Assembly: GCA_964035545.1 (NCBI GenBank)
Contig: OZ037767.1
Coordinates: 8,690,581 to 8,754,580 of the forward strand
Origin: Bugula neritina
Taxonomy: Eukaryota > Animalia > Bryozoa
DNA length: 64,000 nt
Direction: 5' to 3'
Shown: one piece after another, positions 27,801 through 42,584 of the stretch
Layout: each line of letters starts with the position of its first letter
How positions within the stretch are numbered: position 1 is the first letter of the stretch
The notes under the pieces: generated by a model
Told to the model about the DNA's origin: nothing
The model's database searches: none
What the model saw: only the letters and a program-made list of their open reading frames with translations
Made by a program: the position numbers and the translations under genes

Positions 27801-30485
27801 TCATTCTCCTATAATTTAATTAGTGTATGAATTTGAAACACCTTTCCCTAGGGACATACATGGCATTTCTGTAGATGGTAGATGAATTAACATAGTTTCT
27901 TATTTCAAATGCTACAAAATGTAAGCATCTATGAACATAAATTCGTGCAAGCTTTTAAATTAATTATATATATTATTTTCATGCCTGTAGACAGTATTGC
28001 GGGACTTATCAGTCTCACCTCTGATTAAACAATCAGTACAAGATTCATATCTCTTTTGCAATACATAAACTATAATACCACTAGTGTCTAAAAGTTAAAT
28101 TCTGCCTAGTTTTAAAATTTAAATGATTAACACAAGCATATGGTCTGTGCATTGTTTGATAATACCATCTGGTCCTGTTTGATTGAAGGAATTATTGTAA
28201 AATGGGAGTTATTGGTGTTGAAAGTAAATCATGAAGAGTATACAACTCCTAAATAGGTGCTGCACTGCTCTATTATTTAGAATTTAGATTATAATATAGA
28301 AAAGATTTTTATGAAGCTATAAAGAATCAACAAATACCTATAAAACTTGCGGTTAGAACTACAAATTATGTGATATTGCATGTACTATATTTCTAATATG
28401 CTCTCCATCAAAAGTACGTCTCTGTATTTGGTTATTTTACCCTGTCAAAAACCAAGTAAAAACAGACAAGGTATGAAATTGTTTATCAAAAGGCAGAAAA
28501 AACTATAATCATACTGTAAAACACAATATATAACTTTTACATAAATTATTGATAGTAGCCTAACTGAGAGTTGCATTCTCTGCTTATTTAATGCTGAGAT
28601 AAGCAACTCCGAGTGTAGGAGTAAAACTAGCTGTGTTACAGATATTGCTATTTAACATAAAAATGGTGTATTTGGTTTAATTTCTTGTCAATTTTCATCA
28701 CTTTAGCAAGTTTTTGAAAATTATGTTTGCCGACTGTCCTCTAGTAACGGAAGAGATTTGATACATGGCTACAATTCTTTTGTCAGCCACCTGCACTTCT
28801 TGCCAACCTCTGACAACTTATATGTCATGTCCACAGTTGTATAAGAAAGAAAATAGAGTGTTTCCTCTGTACTTTATAAGGCTATGAGTCTAAATACCTC
28901 ATTCCACCTAGTAGAATACCAGATTCAATTCAGGGACTCAATAAATTTGACCATAAGCCATGCAAAATAGGAGTCCAAGCCCTTCTCATGACCTATAGAA
29001 TTTTGTGAGATAGATATTAGGTAGATTGTACAGAACAATTGTATAAGTGTTATAGACTATTTGATGGAAATGTGTGAGGATATTCTTCAAGAGGATGTGA
29101 CAGATGCATTAGTCACCCATTTAAAGCAAATGGACTCAGAATTCAAAATTTTGTATGTAATATACAACATGTGTTTGTGATTTTTGATCTAGCCTTGCTG
29201 TTTAAGTATAGATTGTGGTTGTCTTATCTACTAGGACTAGTTTTTAAAGTATGACAACTGCAGTATATGCTTTGGCTTTTAATTTTATAATATATACTCA
29301 TTCAAATATATATTTTAATGGTGATAATTTATTTCATTATATCTTTTGCAAATAAAAGGCTGCAAAACCAAATGAAGTTTTGTTATCTATATAGGTTGCC
29401 CATGTAGAAGAATATAAAGCTTATGATAGTGTCTTTCTTTGTGTTACTAAAATTACTTGATTAAAATAAAAAGCAACTAAATCAATTTTAAATATTATAT
29501 AGCTAATAATATCCTATCACATCAGTATAATATTACAATATAATTTAATATTGCGAACTGCATCAAAATTTAATGTGTGAAGTTTCAGATATAAAATTTA
29601 TTGAACTATTTTTTCAATTGTCATAAACAATTCAATTTGTGAAATGTTTTACTAGCGAGAAAATATTTTTGTGTGGTTTCCATGGTAAAATAGTGCAACT
29701 AAAAATTAAGAAAAAACAACTCTGGAATTAAGTGCTTTATTTCAAATATAAATTTGAAAACTGTAGGTCCCTGGAAAAAGCTTTATGGTGATGTTGGCAA
29801 ATACTCATGAAACGATATCAAAACAAATTTATTGAGGATTAATATATAGTGGATGGACATGCTTTCCTTTTAACTACCAGCTAGTATAAGGAAACATAAT
29901 GACATGTATAATGGTAGACTTGTATGTGATATATAGTGGCACAAATATTATTCATCTCATAATTACCAAAATATAATATGTGTAACCTGTATGAAGGAAG
30001 GTTCATAGGAACTGCTTATTAAGATAGAATAAGCAGTTTATTTTTTAAATTATTATTCACAGATTACCTGTCAAAAATACCCCCAACAGGCTACAGCAAT
30101 GGCTACTATTTCCAAGGGAAGACAATTCCCTTCACCAACAGTAGGATATTATAATAGTGCTAGGCGTCTAATACAAGATTTTGATTTTATCTCAGTATAC
30201 ATCATATAGTATTATAGGGGTAGTTGGGAACGGTCATCCAGTCTCGCTTATGTCAAGGCAAGGCTGTATGGTAGCCATTAACTTGGAATATAATTATATA
30301 TTATAATATATACTCTATACATTGTAGACTTGTATCATAATCCTTAGGAGACAAAGCCTTGCTGTTAATTGTAGTAATATAGCTTTTGCTTTACTCATCA
30401 ATTACATGCATATAGCAATTTTCATAACTGTATGAAATTTTCAAAATAAATTCTAATAAGTTCTAAACTATTTTAAAGCATTTTA

Positions 30486-30648
30486 GGTAAAAATGGCACA
30501 GGTAATAATGGCACAAGTAACAATTAATGGCACAAATGAAAAAAAAGGAAACATGGCACACACTGATATTAAGCTTTCTCAAATTAAAACCCTCAACCCC
30601 AAACACTAATATTGAAAATGTGCAATTGTTACCTGTGCCATTTTTACC
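30486..30648. mobile_element. MITE-like element with 20-bp perfect inverted repeats and internal ATGGCACA sub-repeats
   Basis: GGTAAAAATGGCACAGGTAA at 30486 and its reverse complement TTACCTGTGCCATTTTTACC at 30629-30648; ATGGCACA occurs four times on the left side. Confidence 0.6.
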
Positions 30649-31587
30649 AGACACCATTTTAAAGATGGCTGATACCTCAGTATCACTATTGAGCAGTTAA
30701 GGATATAGAGATTTCACTCTGGTTGAATTTGTATACTAAATGTGTCGGTGTGTTGCATGGAGATGCTTTACTGCTCTTTATTAATAATCTAACAGACCGT
30801 GAAACCTAGACAAAATATGTTTGATAAAATTATACTAACACAGAAACAAAATACAAAAAAAAAAAAATAAATGTAGGGGGTGTAAAATAATTATGATGGA
30901 ATACAAAAGTTATTAAACTTGTTTTACATTAAAAGCCTTTTTATTCCTTTCTTTAATTATTAATCATTTTATTTATAACCATGTTACATAACCACCAAAA
31001 TTGGTGTACCAGATTAATAGATGTGTTCCTGCAACAATCACTCTATTTGATGCCTTGTGAGTGTCATCAATGTCATGCTCATCAAACATTTTTAAGTCAT
31101 TAAAAATTAAATATTTAAAAAAGTTTTTTTCAAAGCGCATATTTATATTTCTCTTTCTATACTATTTATTAAAACAGGCGAAAGTAAAATTAACCATCAA
31201 ATATGATTAATTATTAATTCTGCAAAAAACTACCTGCAGCTATAACCTGCAAATACTAAGCAACTACCTACAAGTGCTTGACACGAAAATATAGTGTTGA
31301 AGGTGTTTTGCTAAACTTGTTTTTGTCAAATAATAGTCAGGTTAGCACTACATATGTTATTTCAGATAAAATATATGGTGCAAAAGTATTAATCAACTAC
31401 CTTTCTAGACTTTAATTATCACCTTAGTATATATGTTTCATCAATTATCTGGCTAGTCACTGTACCTCTCTGCTGAGAATAAAGAAGAGTTGAAGCTTCT
31501 CCATAACAAAATGTTTTATTAGATGGTTGAATGTTTTAATAAGTTATACTTGTATATTGATTATCAGATAGCTTTAGTTAATAATAG

Positions 31588-31770
31588 AGAAGGGGAGGGG
31601 ATAATAAGAGGAGGAAATTAGTGGTTAGTGGAGACAAAAGTAAGGAGAGTAAAAAAAGTGGCAAGAAAAAGAGGGTAAGAGATAGGAGGGGTTAGGGGGG
31701 CATAGGGGCAGGTAGTGGCAAGGGAGTAAGGGGTAAGGAGTAAGGTAAGACAAGAGAAGAAAATTAGAAA
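31588..31770. repeat. Purine-rich (G/A) low-complexity tract
   Basis: About 180 bp of almost only G and A on the + strand. Confidence 0.7.
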
Positions 31771-33439
31771 ATTATACAGGTAATTGGATTGGCCAGGTTG
31801 ATAAGTTAAATTAATTTCTGATGCAATTATTAAAGTTTAGCCTAAATAAAAGTGAAAAAAATATTATATTTTAGCAGACCAATTTGCTTTGCTTGAGCTG
31901 CTTGTAAAATTTCTAAAGCACATTGTTAAATGTTCTATTAATTAATTATTATTAATTTTTTTAGTTGTGTAATTGCTGTAATTATTATGTTTCATTTATA
32001 CAGGTTGGCACACACGTAATGCTAAATATTAAGTATACATTAATAACTCTAGTGTTATTTTAAACTTGTTGTTAATTTTACTTAATTCTCATAAAATTTT
32101 GTTTAAGCAAAAATATTTTTGATGTTGAAAAAATATTTGCAATTACATAAAATCAAGAGCTAAAACAACAATACAGGAATAAGTGCATGGCTGGTGCTTA
32201 AAATAGTTTTGAATTTCATCAGAAATTGTGATAATGGAACAACTTATGTAACAAATGACACTTTGCTAAACATATATATTATAATGGTACGTGCATAATT
32301 AATTAAAATACACAAACTGCAGCTGTGAAGTACGATGCATGAGAGGTGCGTGAGAGGTCAAACGTGATAGATGCATTCATTACCGGTGGATAAGCTAGAA
32401 TTTAATATTGATTATGGTGCCGGATGTGGAGATTAGTAGAACTAGTTATTCATACAACCAGCTAGTAACTCATCCGGTTTCTTGTGGTATCAGACAGAAA
32501 AGCACAATTTAGCCATTTATTACATAATATGTTTCAATACAAACTACATTATTTAGTCTGAGATATTTAATCAGTATTTATTATAAACCAATATTTTAGC
32601 TCCAGTTACCGTCTACCAACAGCTGGTATAAAGCTGTTAAAATTGTCCAGACACGCCAATACTTGATGTAAATTACAAGTAGGCTGCTTGTGGCGTGAAG
32701 AAACCTTAATTATGAATTTTGCTATCTCAAATGTTTTTCAATAGAAAATCGTAGTTGCTATATTAATAAGAAGTAATATAGAACAAATAAGTGTGTAGTG
32801 GTTATTAAGTCAATGTGATACAGCTTTATATATTCTACACTGTGTAGCTTTCCATGCTATCCTCCTGTTACTCTGAGTTTGAATAGAGTTGTAGAAAGCC
32901 TAGACTACACACAAGCTAATTTCCTAACATAAATCCTTTTCCAAATCTCCAAGAACTGGATTTCAACCAAGAGAACTTTTTTCACCTTTCCTGCAGCTAA
33001 GCATCTTTTCAAGTGTGGTTAGCACATTGGCTAAAATAATTTTTGTTTTTTTGCACCATAAATAGCTTCTTTTAGTGCCTCCTCACTCCAAGCATTTAGA
33101 ATATTTTTGGAAGAATATTTTGTCGTCGGAAATACATTGCATGAGTATGAATATATCAAGTACACATTCTACAGCAACTAGCTTTAATGGTTGTCTTATC
33201 AACATTTAAGGATTTTAATACTTCAACATTGTTTGAAAGAATTAAGAGGTGGTATTATTTTTTGCCCAAAAAATGAATAACAATGGAAATTCAGTTGACT
33301 GGGTGATATGGACCGTGGACCATATCACCCATTAAGTGGCTGTCCGCATCACCCAAAAATCATGGCACCAAAATATTGAATTTGAACAAAAAGAGAGTGA
33401 ACAAGTATCATACTCGACTTGGATATTTATACATATCAT

Positions 33440-34170
33440 TCAAAACAGATTATACAATCTGCTAAATAAAATATATGTATTTATGCGAAGCAAGGAGCAT
33501 GAGCATCCTGAGTTTGCAGACTAGCATTGGGTCTCAGATTTGGCATTTCTGGCCAATATCAGTGAGCTCGTACCAAAAGTGAATTTGCAGTTGCAGGGCA
33601 AGCAGCAGGACATATCTTCACTTTGGAAGCACGCTACTACTTTTAAAACCAAACTCAAGCTGTGAGAGCAACAAGTACGAGAAAAGAACTATACCCACTT
33701 CAAAATACTGTTAGCTTGGGAGCATGAGGTGAACTCTGAGCAGTATGCAAACATCATATATGATCTCTCAACTGAGGTTACTAAAAAATTTCTCCAGTTT
33801 AAAAAGACTGAGCAAGAAATACGAATCTTTGCTAATCCATTCTCTATTGAGCCTAAAACTGCTCCAATTAACTTACAAATGGAGCTCATTGACTTGCATA
33901 GCAACCAGCGTCTAAAGCAGCAACCCTTGTAATTTTCTTCCATCTTCCACTTATTCAGCTCTATATAAACATGCTCTCACGATGGTTAGTCTCTTTGGCT
34001 CTACTTATTTATGTGAGAAATTTTTCAGTCAATTGAAATACACCAACAATAAATCACTCACTGATCAGCACTTAGTCCAGCAACTAAGGATTGCATATTT
34101 AAATACAAAACCAAATATTAACAGAATTGCTCATAGCAAACAGTGCCAAGTGTCTTACTGGTGGTTGTAA
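33440..34170 (+). mobile_element. Decayed hAT-superfamily transposase C-terminal half (Buster/Charlie/SPIN, GTF2IRD2-like)
   Basis: Across stops and a frameshift it reads WVSDLAFLANIS...NLQLQGK...FKTKLKL...FANPF...LQMELIDL...SLFGSTYLCEKFFSQLKY...SLTDQHL...LRIA, which matches the hAT dimerisation-region signature. Confidence 0.9.
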
Positions 34171-34257
34171 AATTTAACTATATTGGTATGAGTACAGATT
34201 CTTATAACACATCTTGTTTAAATTTGCATGTGCAATCATGAATATATACTTTGTATG

Positions 34258-34421
<164 letters not shown>

Positions 34422-34565
34422 GTATAGTTGTTAGGTGCTAAAAATATCAAAATCATAGCTATTTGTGATAAGTGAGTTTTTAGAGCCGGAAATTGACGAT
34501 TTTGAAAAATTACCAAAAAAATGACTTAAAAACGTAATGCAACAGAAAGTTTTTCTCAACACTTA

Positions 34566-35249
34566 CCCCCTGTTCACACATTGCCGTATCGTGAACCGTA
34601 ACAGCACAAACAAAATGGCGCCGCTGCTACTTTTTGTCAACGGGTGTTCACACATCACCGTAAAAGTACAACACATGACAATGAGCTGTGACCAATCATA
34701 ATGAGGTTAATTCTTGTCCGCGGTGATTTGATCGCCTTTGAATATTATTCACAAATTTGTCGCAACATTCTTCTGAAAAGATATGATAAAAATGGTATTG
34801 ACTCGATAAAATCAATTTAAGGAAAAAGTATTTCTTTTAAATATATGAGCCTTCAAAATAATTGTGCAAACCAATTTAAATAACGAATATTTAGGCCGTT
34901 CAAATCATTTTTAAGTTTTTGGTTTGCGTGCTTTTGTGATTAGGGAAAGCTAGATTTTTAAGCTGAGTTTAATTCAAACAGGCCTGATAAAAGATTTTTT
35001 AAACCTTTAAAACGTTTGAATTAGTTAAATTAAATCAAAAATAAGCGATTAAAATAAACTAGCGAAAACGTTCTTTAAACTTTAGTACCGGGTCAACTCT
35101 ACCCAATGGGAGCCCGCCGTGATTTTTTGAATCAAGCACTGCTTGATCAACGCCGCAGCGTATACCGGGTACGATTCAGTCCGGATGTGAACAAAGATGG
35201 CGAATATTTGCTGTTGCGGCGTACGATACGGCAATTTGTGAACAGGGGG
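34566..35249. mobile_element. PIF/Harbinger-type non-autonomous DNA transposon (MITE), 684 bp
   Basis: TIRs CCCCCTGTTCACA(C/A)ATTGCCGTATCGT at both ends; TTA target-site duplication at 34563-34565 and 35250-35252; no coding capacity. Confidence 0.85.
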
Positions 35250-36670
35250 TTAACGTAAAATGTCAGCCATCTTTAATGTATCCGGGCTGAAGTTTACAAA
35301 GTTCGCTATTAGGTAATATATAAGACATTTCATCGAAAAATTTTATCCAATGACCAGACACAAAAGTTTTTCTGTGCAATAGAAACCCGCAACTAGTTTG
35401 AATCAAGCAGTGCTTGATTACGTGCAGCACCGTACAGGAAGCTGAGACAGTTTTAAAAATGGCTGACATTTGCGGTTATGGCCTACGATATGGTAAAGTA
35501 TGCCTAAGGGGATAGACGGATTTCAACATAAAGGAAAATGGTAGCCATTTTCGAAAACATCAGAACTAAGAAGATAGGGAGTTCAACACAAACATCATTA
35601 GGTAATAAGTTTCTGCTGTAGGGGAATTCTATGACAATAGTTTAGATTTTAGAGTGTCTTTTGCCTAGAGTTGTCTTATCTAATTTTATATTTTTTTCCA
35701 TAGTAGTTTTACGATTATGTAAATCAATCCTGGCCAAAAGTTGGATCATATTAGGATGTCCAACAAATTGATGGTATGCTCCACTTTTGAACGTGACCAA
35801 TAACTATAAGAAGTTCCAGAAAAGGCTTTGTTCCTGTATATAGAGAGGTGAGCTCACGGAGTAGATCAGTCTACCACTAAAGCTCTCTGGATACAGATCT
35901 ACGCATACTATTTTGATACTACAATAAAGATTTCTTTTCTCAAGATCTACCTTGTTTTTTTTCTATATTAGAGTTAGGCTCCCCACTTAATTTCATTCCA
36001 CCAACCAAACTACTACACTGCATTCACAGCTAACTCAATGGGTTTCCTAAACATTGGGCCCGCATGCAAAAAGCCCACTTGGTGTTACCCCATGTATACT
36101 GATATTCTACTAATAAATCTTTAGTGTCCCCATAATTTCCAGTGACAAGGATTGATTTCTTTGCAGCTGCAGTCAGAGATAGTGACAGAAATAAAATTCC
36201 TGGTAATTAAATCATAAAGATTCGACAGGGATTTTAGAGCACATAAAATTTTGTAGAAGTTATTCACTACTATTGCAATTAAAACTGAATGATGAATTAA
36301 TGATAAAGCAAAGAAGTTTGCAAAGAATTTTTTTTTAAAGATGTGAATCGTACACACTACAACAGGCAATAACTGAGTTATTCATGTTCACCCAGCAGAC
36401 GCCTTAGAGGGCACTGTAACAATTATTTTCAAAAAACTCATGCTCACGGCTATTGATAATAATAGTTACACAAATATAGTAACATATAGTTTACAAATTA
36501 TATTATGCATAAGTAAAACCTAAAAAGTAACACTAATTTTCTATTTTAAGGAAAATATTTTTTTATAAAACGGGAACTAATATAAAAAACTGTCAAAATT
36601 AGCAATAACCAATCTCGATCTAACCTAGGTTCTATCTTTACCACGACTTTTTCCAGGGCCTTCAATTGTT

Positions 36671-36832
36671 TAGGTGCAATAGTAGAGAAATTAACATAGC
36701 CCAAGTTCTTTAAATTTCTTTATAGAGTTTGGTTTGGGATGGGGGTTGAAATTATCAAGAGAACATAACTTCTTATGCTACATTTCTAATTTACGACAAA
36801 GACTTCTCTCAAATTCTCTATTACTGCGCCTA
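36671..36832. mobile_element. ~160-bp MITE-like element, family 1 (second full copy)
   Basis: TAGGTGCAATAGTAGAGAAATT...AATTCTCTATTACTGCGCCTA termini; reverse-complement homolog of 11904-12064. Confidence 0.72.
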
Positions 36833-36999
36833 CCTCATCAATCCAACACAAAGAGTACTGTTCAAAAACTCTGAAAGTGTTTTTACTAAACCATCCCCTT
36901 CTGAGATGGAATTTCGTCCGTTCTGTAGTTGGGTTAGTAGCTTCTGCTAATGTAAGAAATTCTGGTAGTTATTGAGTGGTTTGAATAACTCCTAACTAG

Positions 37000-38160
37000 T
37001 ATGGTTATGTTTCAACTTGAATTGTACCTGATCCAGGTTTGCTTCTTTGGCTTGGTCTAAAACCTAAATCAGTGGGTGTGTGATTCTTCACCCTGAGCCT
37101 CTAACTCTTCTATAACAGATCTTCCTCATTTTCATGGCTTACATCATTTTGGAAGTAGGTGGTTAATCCATCAGTCTGTGGCTCTACATCAGGTCTAATA
37201 TCTATTGGTTCTGCATCTGGCAAGGCCTGTGGAAATTTCATGGCAGCATGTTCTTCTGGCCATCGAGGTAGCATCTTTATATTGTCTTCTTTATCTGCTA
37301 TCTAACTATCAGTCATCATGTCTTGAGATGGTTAAGTAGGTGAGATCTCTCCGACACTTGGTGGTTTCGAATTAGCTAACAAAGGTGGGGTGACTGCAAG
37401 TGCTTTACTTTTCTGTCTTGATTTAGTTGACTCCACATATGTCTTGATGCCATGTGTTTGCCATCTTTTGCTATAAGGTATGTCTGAATTGGTAACTCTT
37501 TAGTGATGATGTTAGGGCCCACATATTTGGGCCGGAGCTTGGCACCTTGCATCTGTTCTTGGTAGTATGATTTTAACCCTCCTTGTGTAGACTGTCTTCT
37601 CCATCAGTTAAGGCATCTCTATCAGCTGTTGTCTCAACCGCTCATGGACTTGTTGTAACCTCTGTCTGAGTTCTTCTACAAACTCTTTTACTGGCAACTC
37701 CTGTGGGTCCTCTTGTTGGAACAAAAGATCTGCAGGAAATTTCACCTCCTATAAGCATAAGAAAATTTGGGTTTATGCCTGTGATTCAGTGTAATGTAGT
37801 TCGAATAGTCTGCAGGATTTGCGGAACCGACAAATCCTACTCATTGTGTAGAGATTCGGCCAGATGAGCAAGCAGGGATTTTCTAAGTTCTGTTCAGAGG
37901 TATTTCTAATATCATTGGTTGCCCTGAAAAGCCTTCTTTGCCAGTTTTTTCTTAGTCTTATCACCCAAGAAGAGCCCCACCATTGTCCATAAATATGACT
38001 TTACTACATCTTCTCCAATCAATCTCCCTTCTACTTTGTATAGAGCTGCCGGCCATTCAGAGTTGAACTCACAAAGTCAACAAAGCTCTACACTGTGTTT
38101 ATCCACTTCAGCTGGCTGTTAGGGTCACATCATTGCCAACCAGTCATGGGAATCCTCATC
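37000..38160 (-). mobile_element. Decayed Ty3/Gypsy LTR-retrotransposon integrase region
   Basis: The minus strand, with stops and frameshifts, reads DLSVPQILQTIRTT...TGINPNFLML...EVKFPADLLF...EFVEELRQRLQQVHERLRQQ...KLRPKYVGP. This fits an integrase C-terminal part with a GPY/F-like motif (core about 37430-37900). Outer limits are approximate and no LTRs were recognised. Confidence 0.8.
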
Positions 38161-41100
38161 TTCTTGCTTGTACTCCTCCTGTAAAATGCAAAGTTGATTC
38201 CTTATCGATATTTAGCAATATTTTAGTATGGCTTAAGCATGATTACATTGTATTGTATAAACTTATGACATATTCCTCAGATTTACTATGTATGATATCA
38301 GTTTAGATAATAATAGTTATAAGAAATGTTATCATTATAATATTATTATTGTACTTATAGTAGACAAATTTATTACAGCCAAGAAGTTTTTACTAGAAGT
38401 GATAACACTGTTGACACCTGAATACTATGATGACTAATAGAACTACCTACTGTAATACTATTGGTAACTATTTATAGTATTAACGATTGTGATACTGTTA
38501 ATCACTATTTAGTATTAACTATTGTAATACTGATAGTGACTAATAACTAAGTACAGTGTACACATTAGCATGTGGAATTTAACTGATGTTATTCTATAAA
38601 CAGGAAATTGTGAAAAAGATTCCTGCAATGCAGACACACTCACATTGCAGGACAAAAAAAATTTAAAAAACAGACACATCTCTGTTTTGCCTCTAAATAT
38701 CCAAAACTTCTTCAAAAGAGAAGTGCCAAACATTATTGTTTAAATATTAATATCGCACAAAAACATGACAGAATAAAGTGCAAAGTTTATATATATATAC
38801 CTCTTGCCATTCCTGGTTTGCTAAATATCATATAACTCTTTACGGTTCTACTATTTAAACAAGGTTTTCTGGTCCAACCTGCTTTTCCTAATGCTTTACA
38901 ACCATTGAGCCATAACCCCCTTATAGTTTCAGTTCATTGTTTGCAACTACTGACCATAAGTCAGATGCTCTTGAATTTAACCTTGCTAAACAACAACGAA
39001 ATAGCTAACAACATAATAGGTTCCAGCTGCGCTATTGTTGTAATAGCTAAAATTATGCTATATTCTGTCTGCTAAAGAACAATCAGTGACCATCTGCTAC
39101 TTATGGTGGCTTTATTCAGGTAAACTGCTTTTCAAAAGAGTTTATAGAAACTTAATAATTCACACATCAACTGGAAAAACTGATATAATTTATAACTTAT
39201 TCTTCAAAACAGCCACAATAACGATAAACAATACTCATATATGCTGATAAGACAATTCTCGTAATACAAGTTGTATTATGCTAGCAGGCTGAGTAGCATA
39301 GCTGATGGTAAACAAGAAGTTGACAAATAATGGCATTGACAGATAAAGCATCATATTCATTATTTCGCATTTACAAAACAGAATAAATAACATTTTCAGA
39401 ATTTCTCAAGAGGAAGAAATTTGCAAATCTGTGCATTCCAAAAATTTACACAGTTTTTGTTGATTAGATTTATTATATGATAAGTTATTTTATGTAAGAG
39501 TCATCCAATTGCTGATTCAGTATTCCTATTGATGTAACAGTATCGTTTGGTAAATTATACTGTTACATAGCATTACTTGACGTGTACATGTACGATGCTT
39601 GTGTCACTCCGTATATATTAGTCATCAAAAAGCCATTTTTGATGTTTTACATTTCTTATTAGATTTTAACTATAAATGTTAAGAGTACAAGTGTGAGATA
39701 AACTGCTTGTCTCTCGCAGCTAAACTTTGCCCTTCCACAATAGGTTGAAGGGTAGCTGTCAATAATGTCAGAATGATGCATACATCAGTGTGGGCTGAAA
39801 GGCTAATAATATAACAGACTTTGCATAAGAGGAATGTCTATAATGGTACTCATGTGATTGTGAACTATAAACTTGGCAGAGTGTTTTAAGCCAATAAAAT
39901 ATCTGTATTTTTAATTCAAATTATAGCCACCGGAAACTGAATTAGTCACAAAATATTCAGTTAATTTCTACACCATTTTTTGAGTCAACACTATAACATG
40001 TATTATAATGTATTATTCTGTAATATATGTCACAGTCTATATTATAATATTATATGCATTATAATATAGCACACATGGCTGTAACATACTAAAATTTATT
40101 TTCTAAGGTATCATACATTACGTATATAGCATATACTAGTTCATACTTTAATAAGACATCAGTGTTGTAATACAAAATAACATGAAATACTATAATATAA
40201 TACAATATATTATAATGGAATATAATATAGCACAATTTATTATAATATGTTACATTTACATCATATAACGGAATATGAAATATGAAGAACCAATCATATA
40301 TAAAGACATAATAAATCTCACTGTGCTCAACATCGTTACTGTTTGTATGTACACCTCTTTACATATCAATGCATTTGGGAATGTTTATTGCGTTTATTGC
40401 GTATTTTTTATTTGTCCATTTGCTAAATGTCTATTTTTGAGCTTTCTATATCGTTGATTTGTTCGTTTTCCAAATAAGTGTTTTCCAATTGACATTTTCT
40501 AATAGTCGCGGATTCTATGATCCATGATTTTAACAAAAAACTACTAATTGAGTATATAAAAACTGTAGTAACATATTGGGAGTATAGTAAGTTACAGTAA
40601 TGTAGTATACATGCCCACTATAGATAGTAAATTACAGCATATATTAACCGATGGTAAATTATATAGTAATGGTGGTTGAACTAATATAAAAAGCAAAAAA
40701 ATCAAGCCCTATGCCACTTTGAATGATTCTGCCCATAGTTTCAATTGTTATCTTGTAGAATTTAAAAAAGCTAAAAATAGTTTCATAAAACATTGTTTAT
40801 AAATGTAGAAAGTATGTAAGAGAGTTTGCTAAAAATAATAGTAACACAATCTGACAACTTTATCTCAACTAAAAGTTGTACAAACAAATTATAATATGAA
40901 ATCACCAGCCAGAATTACATAACTACAATCAGTCTACAGTATATGACAGTATCAATCACAAGTGCTGTTTTAGTAATCAAAGAGGAGCCAACACGAAGTA
41001 GTTGTTTTTACTATCAGAGCTGTATTTTGTCTCAACGCATCATTCCAGCTGACATGCCAAAAAGGAAAATGAAAACTCAAACTAAAAAGCTCTATTAGTG

Positions 41101-41458
41101 TTTGCCTCAATAATCTTAGGCTAATAGTTTACCAAGTACTAATTACTACATTTTTTAAACCCTAAAATAAATGCCTTTGTGATAGCCATAAAATATCTTC
41201 ATATTCTGCTATTCATTCTAACAGAAAATGTAGCAAAAAGTAATTGTTGTGGAGTTGTTTTCCCATACTTGGAAACTTAATAAAGCAGCAAATTGTAGCA
41301 AAGTTATTCAGACAGTTGGATAAATAATTATTATGATCCAATAAAAGACAATCATCACGTATACATATTACTACTAGTTTCAGGTGGTTTACCAAATCAG
41401 TTGATGTCATATTTGCTGTAGGGAAGTGTGAATAATTACGTAAGAGAAATGCATTATG

Positions 41459-41504
41459 ATTGGCTGATTGTATTGCACGTCTACAAGTTAAATGGGTATA
41501 AAAG
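41459..41504 (+). promoter_or_regulatory. Core promoter of the Kunitz gene (inverted CCAAT plus TATA box)
   Basis: ATTGG at about 41459 and TATAAAAG at 41497-41504, which begins 92 nt upstream of the signal-peptide ATG. Confidence 0.6.
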
Positions 41505-41588
41505 AGTTACTTTTCCACAATAAAATCACAACAGCATAAAATAGTTAATTACTGAGCTAATCTGTAATACAAATCATCATAATACAAG

Positions 41589-42525
41589 ATGGGCTACACC
41601 TTTATCATTTCTCTCTCCATCCTGGTGGCTTTCATGGGTTTGACTTCAGCATCCGGTAAGTAGTAATGAACAGAGAAAAAATTTCTGTTCCAAGGTTGCA
41701 GGGTTTGTATAGAATATAAATAGTATGAAAATAGAGCTCGTACTGTGTTTTTATAGATAGTATATAGATGCTAAATATATGTATACCTTGTTTGTATTGT
41801 ATTGTATTTGTATTTAACTGTACTAAAAGAGCTTTTGGTATAAAATATTTCAGCGGCAGCTTTATAACAAGTTGTAATTTTACTTGAGTAGTTGTAGATT
41901 AAAGAGTCATAAATATTAATTCTAATTCAGCTACAAGGTGCATGGTCACTCAAACGTCTGCTATATATTTCATTAGGCCTTTGTATATTCGATATTTATA
42001 TTGCTTAAACTTTACTATGCGATTTACAAGCAAAGCTGTGTGAAATATTAAAAAAATTTTAAGTTTTAAATCCTAAAACTAAATTTGGTCACATTGATAA
42101 TAAAATTTTATGGGATTAGTTTTCGAAACACATACATACTTATATATTGTTTATTTACTGTACCCTTTTGTACTGTGGATATATGTTGTATCAATTAAAA
42201 TTCTATTTAACAAGTTTATAATTGAACTCATTGTGTTTCAGACAGAGATTGTATGCTGCCCCCTCACCCTGGTACCAATGAACGATCTCCTACCATACAG
42301 TTCTATTATAACTCAACCTTACGTCAATGCTTGTCCTTTTTCTATTACGGGGGAGGAGGCAACAAGAATAGGTTTTGGTAAGTAGTGCCGCAGGGCTTTA
42401 TTCAATGAACAACTGCAGTTGAAACTTCGCAGAAACTTTACTAAATGTTTTAAATAACTCTTCTAGCTTCTTTATAACAGAATGCTCTCCCACATGTGCA
42501 TGAAGTAATGTCATTGTTCAGCTAT

Positions 42526-42584
<59 letters not shown>

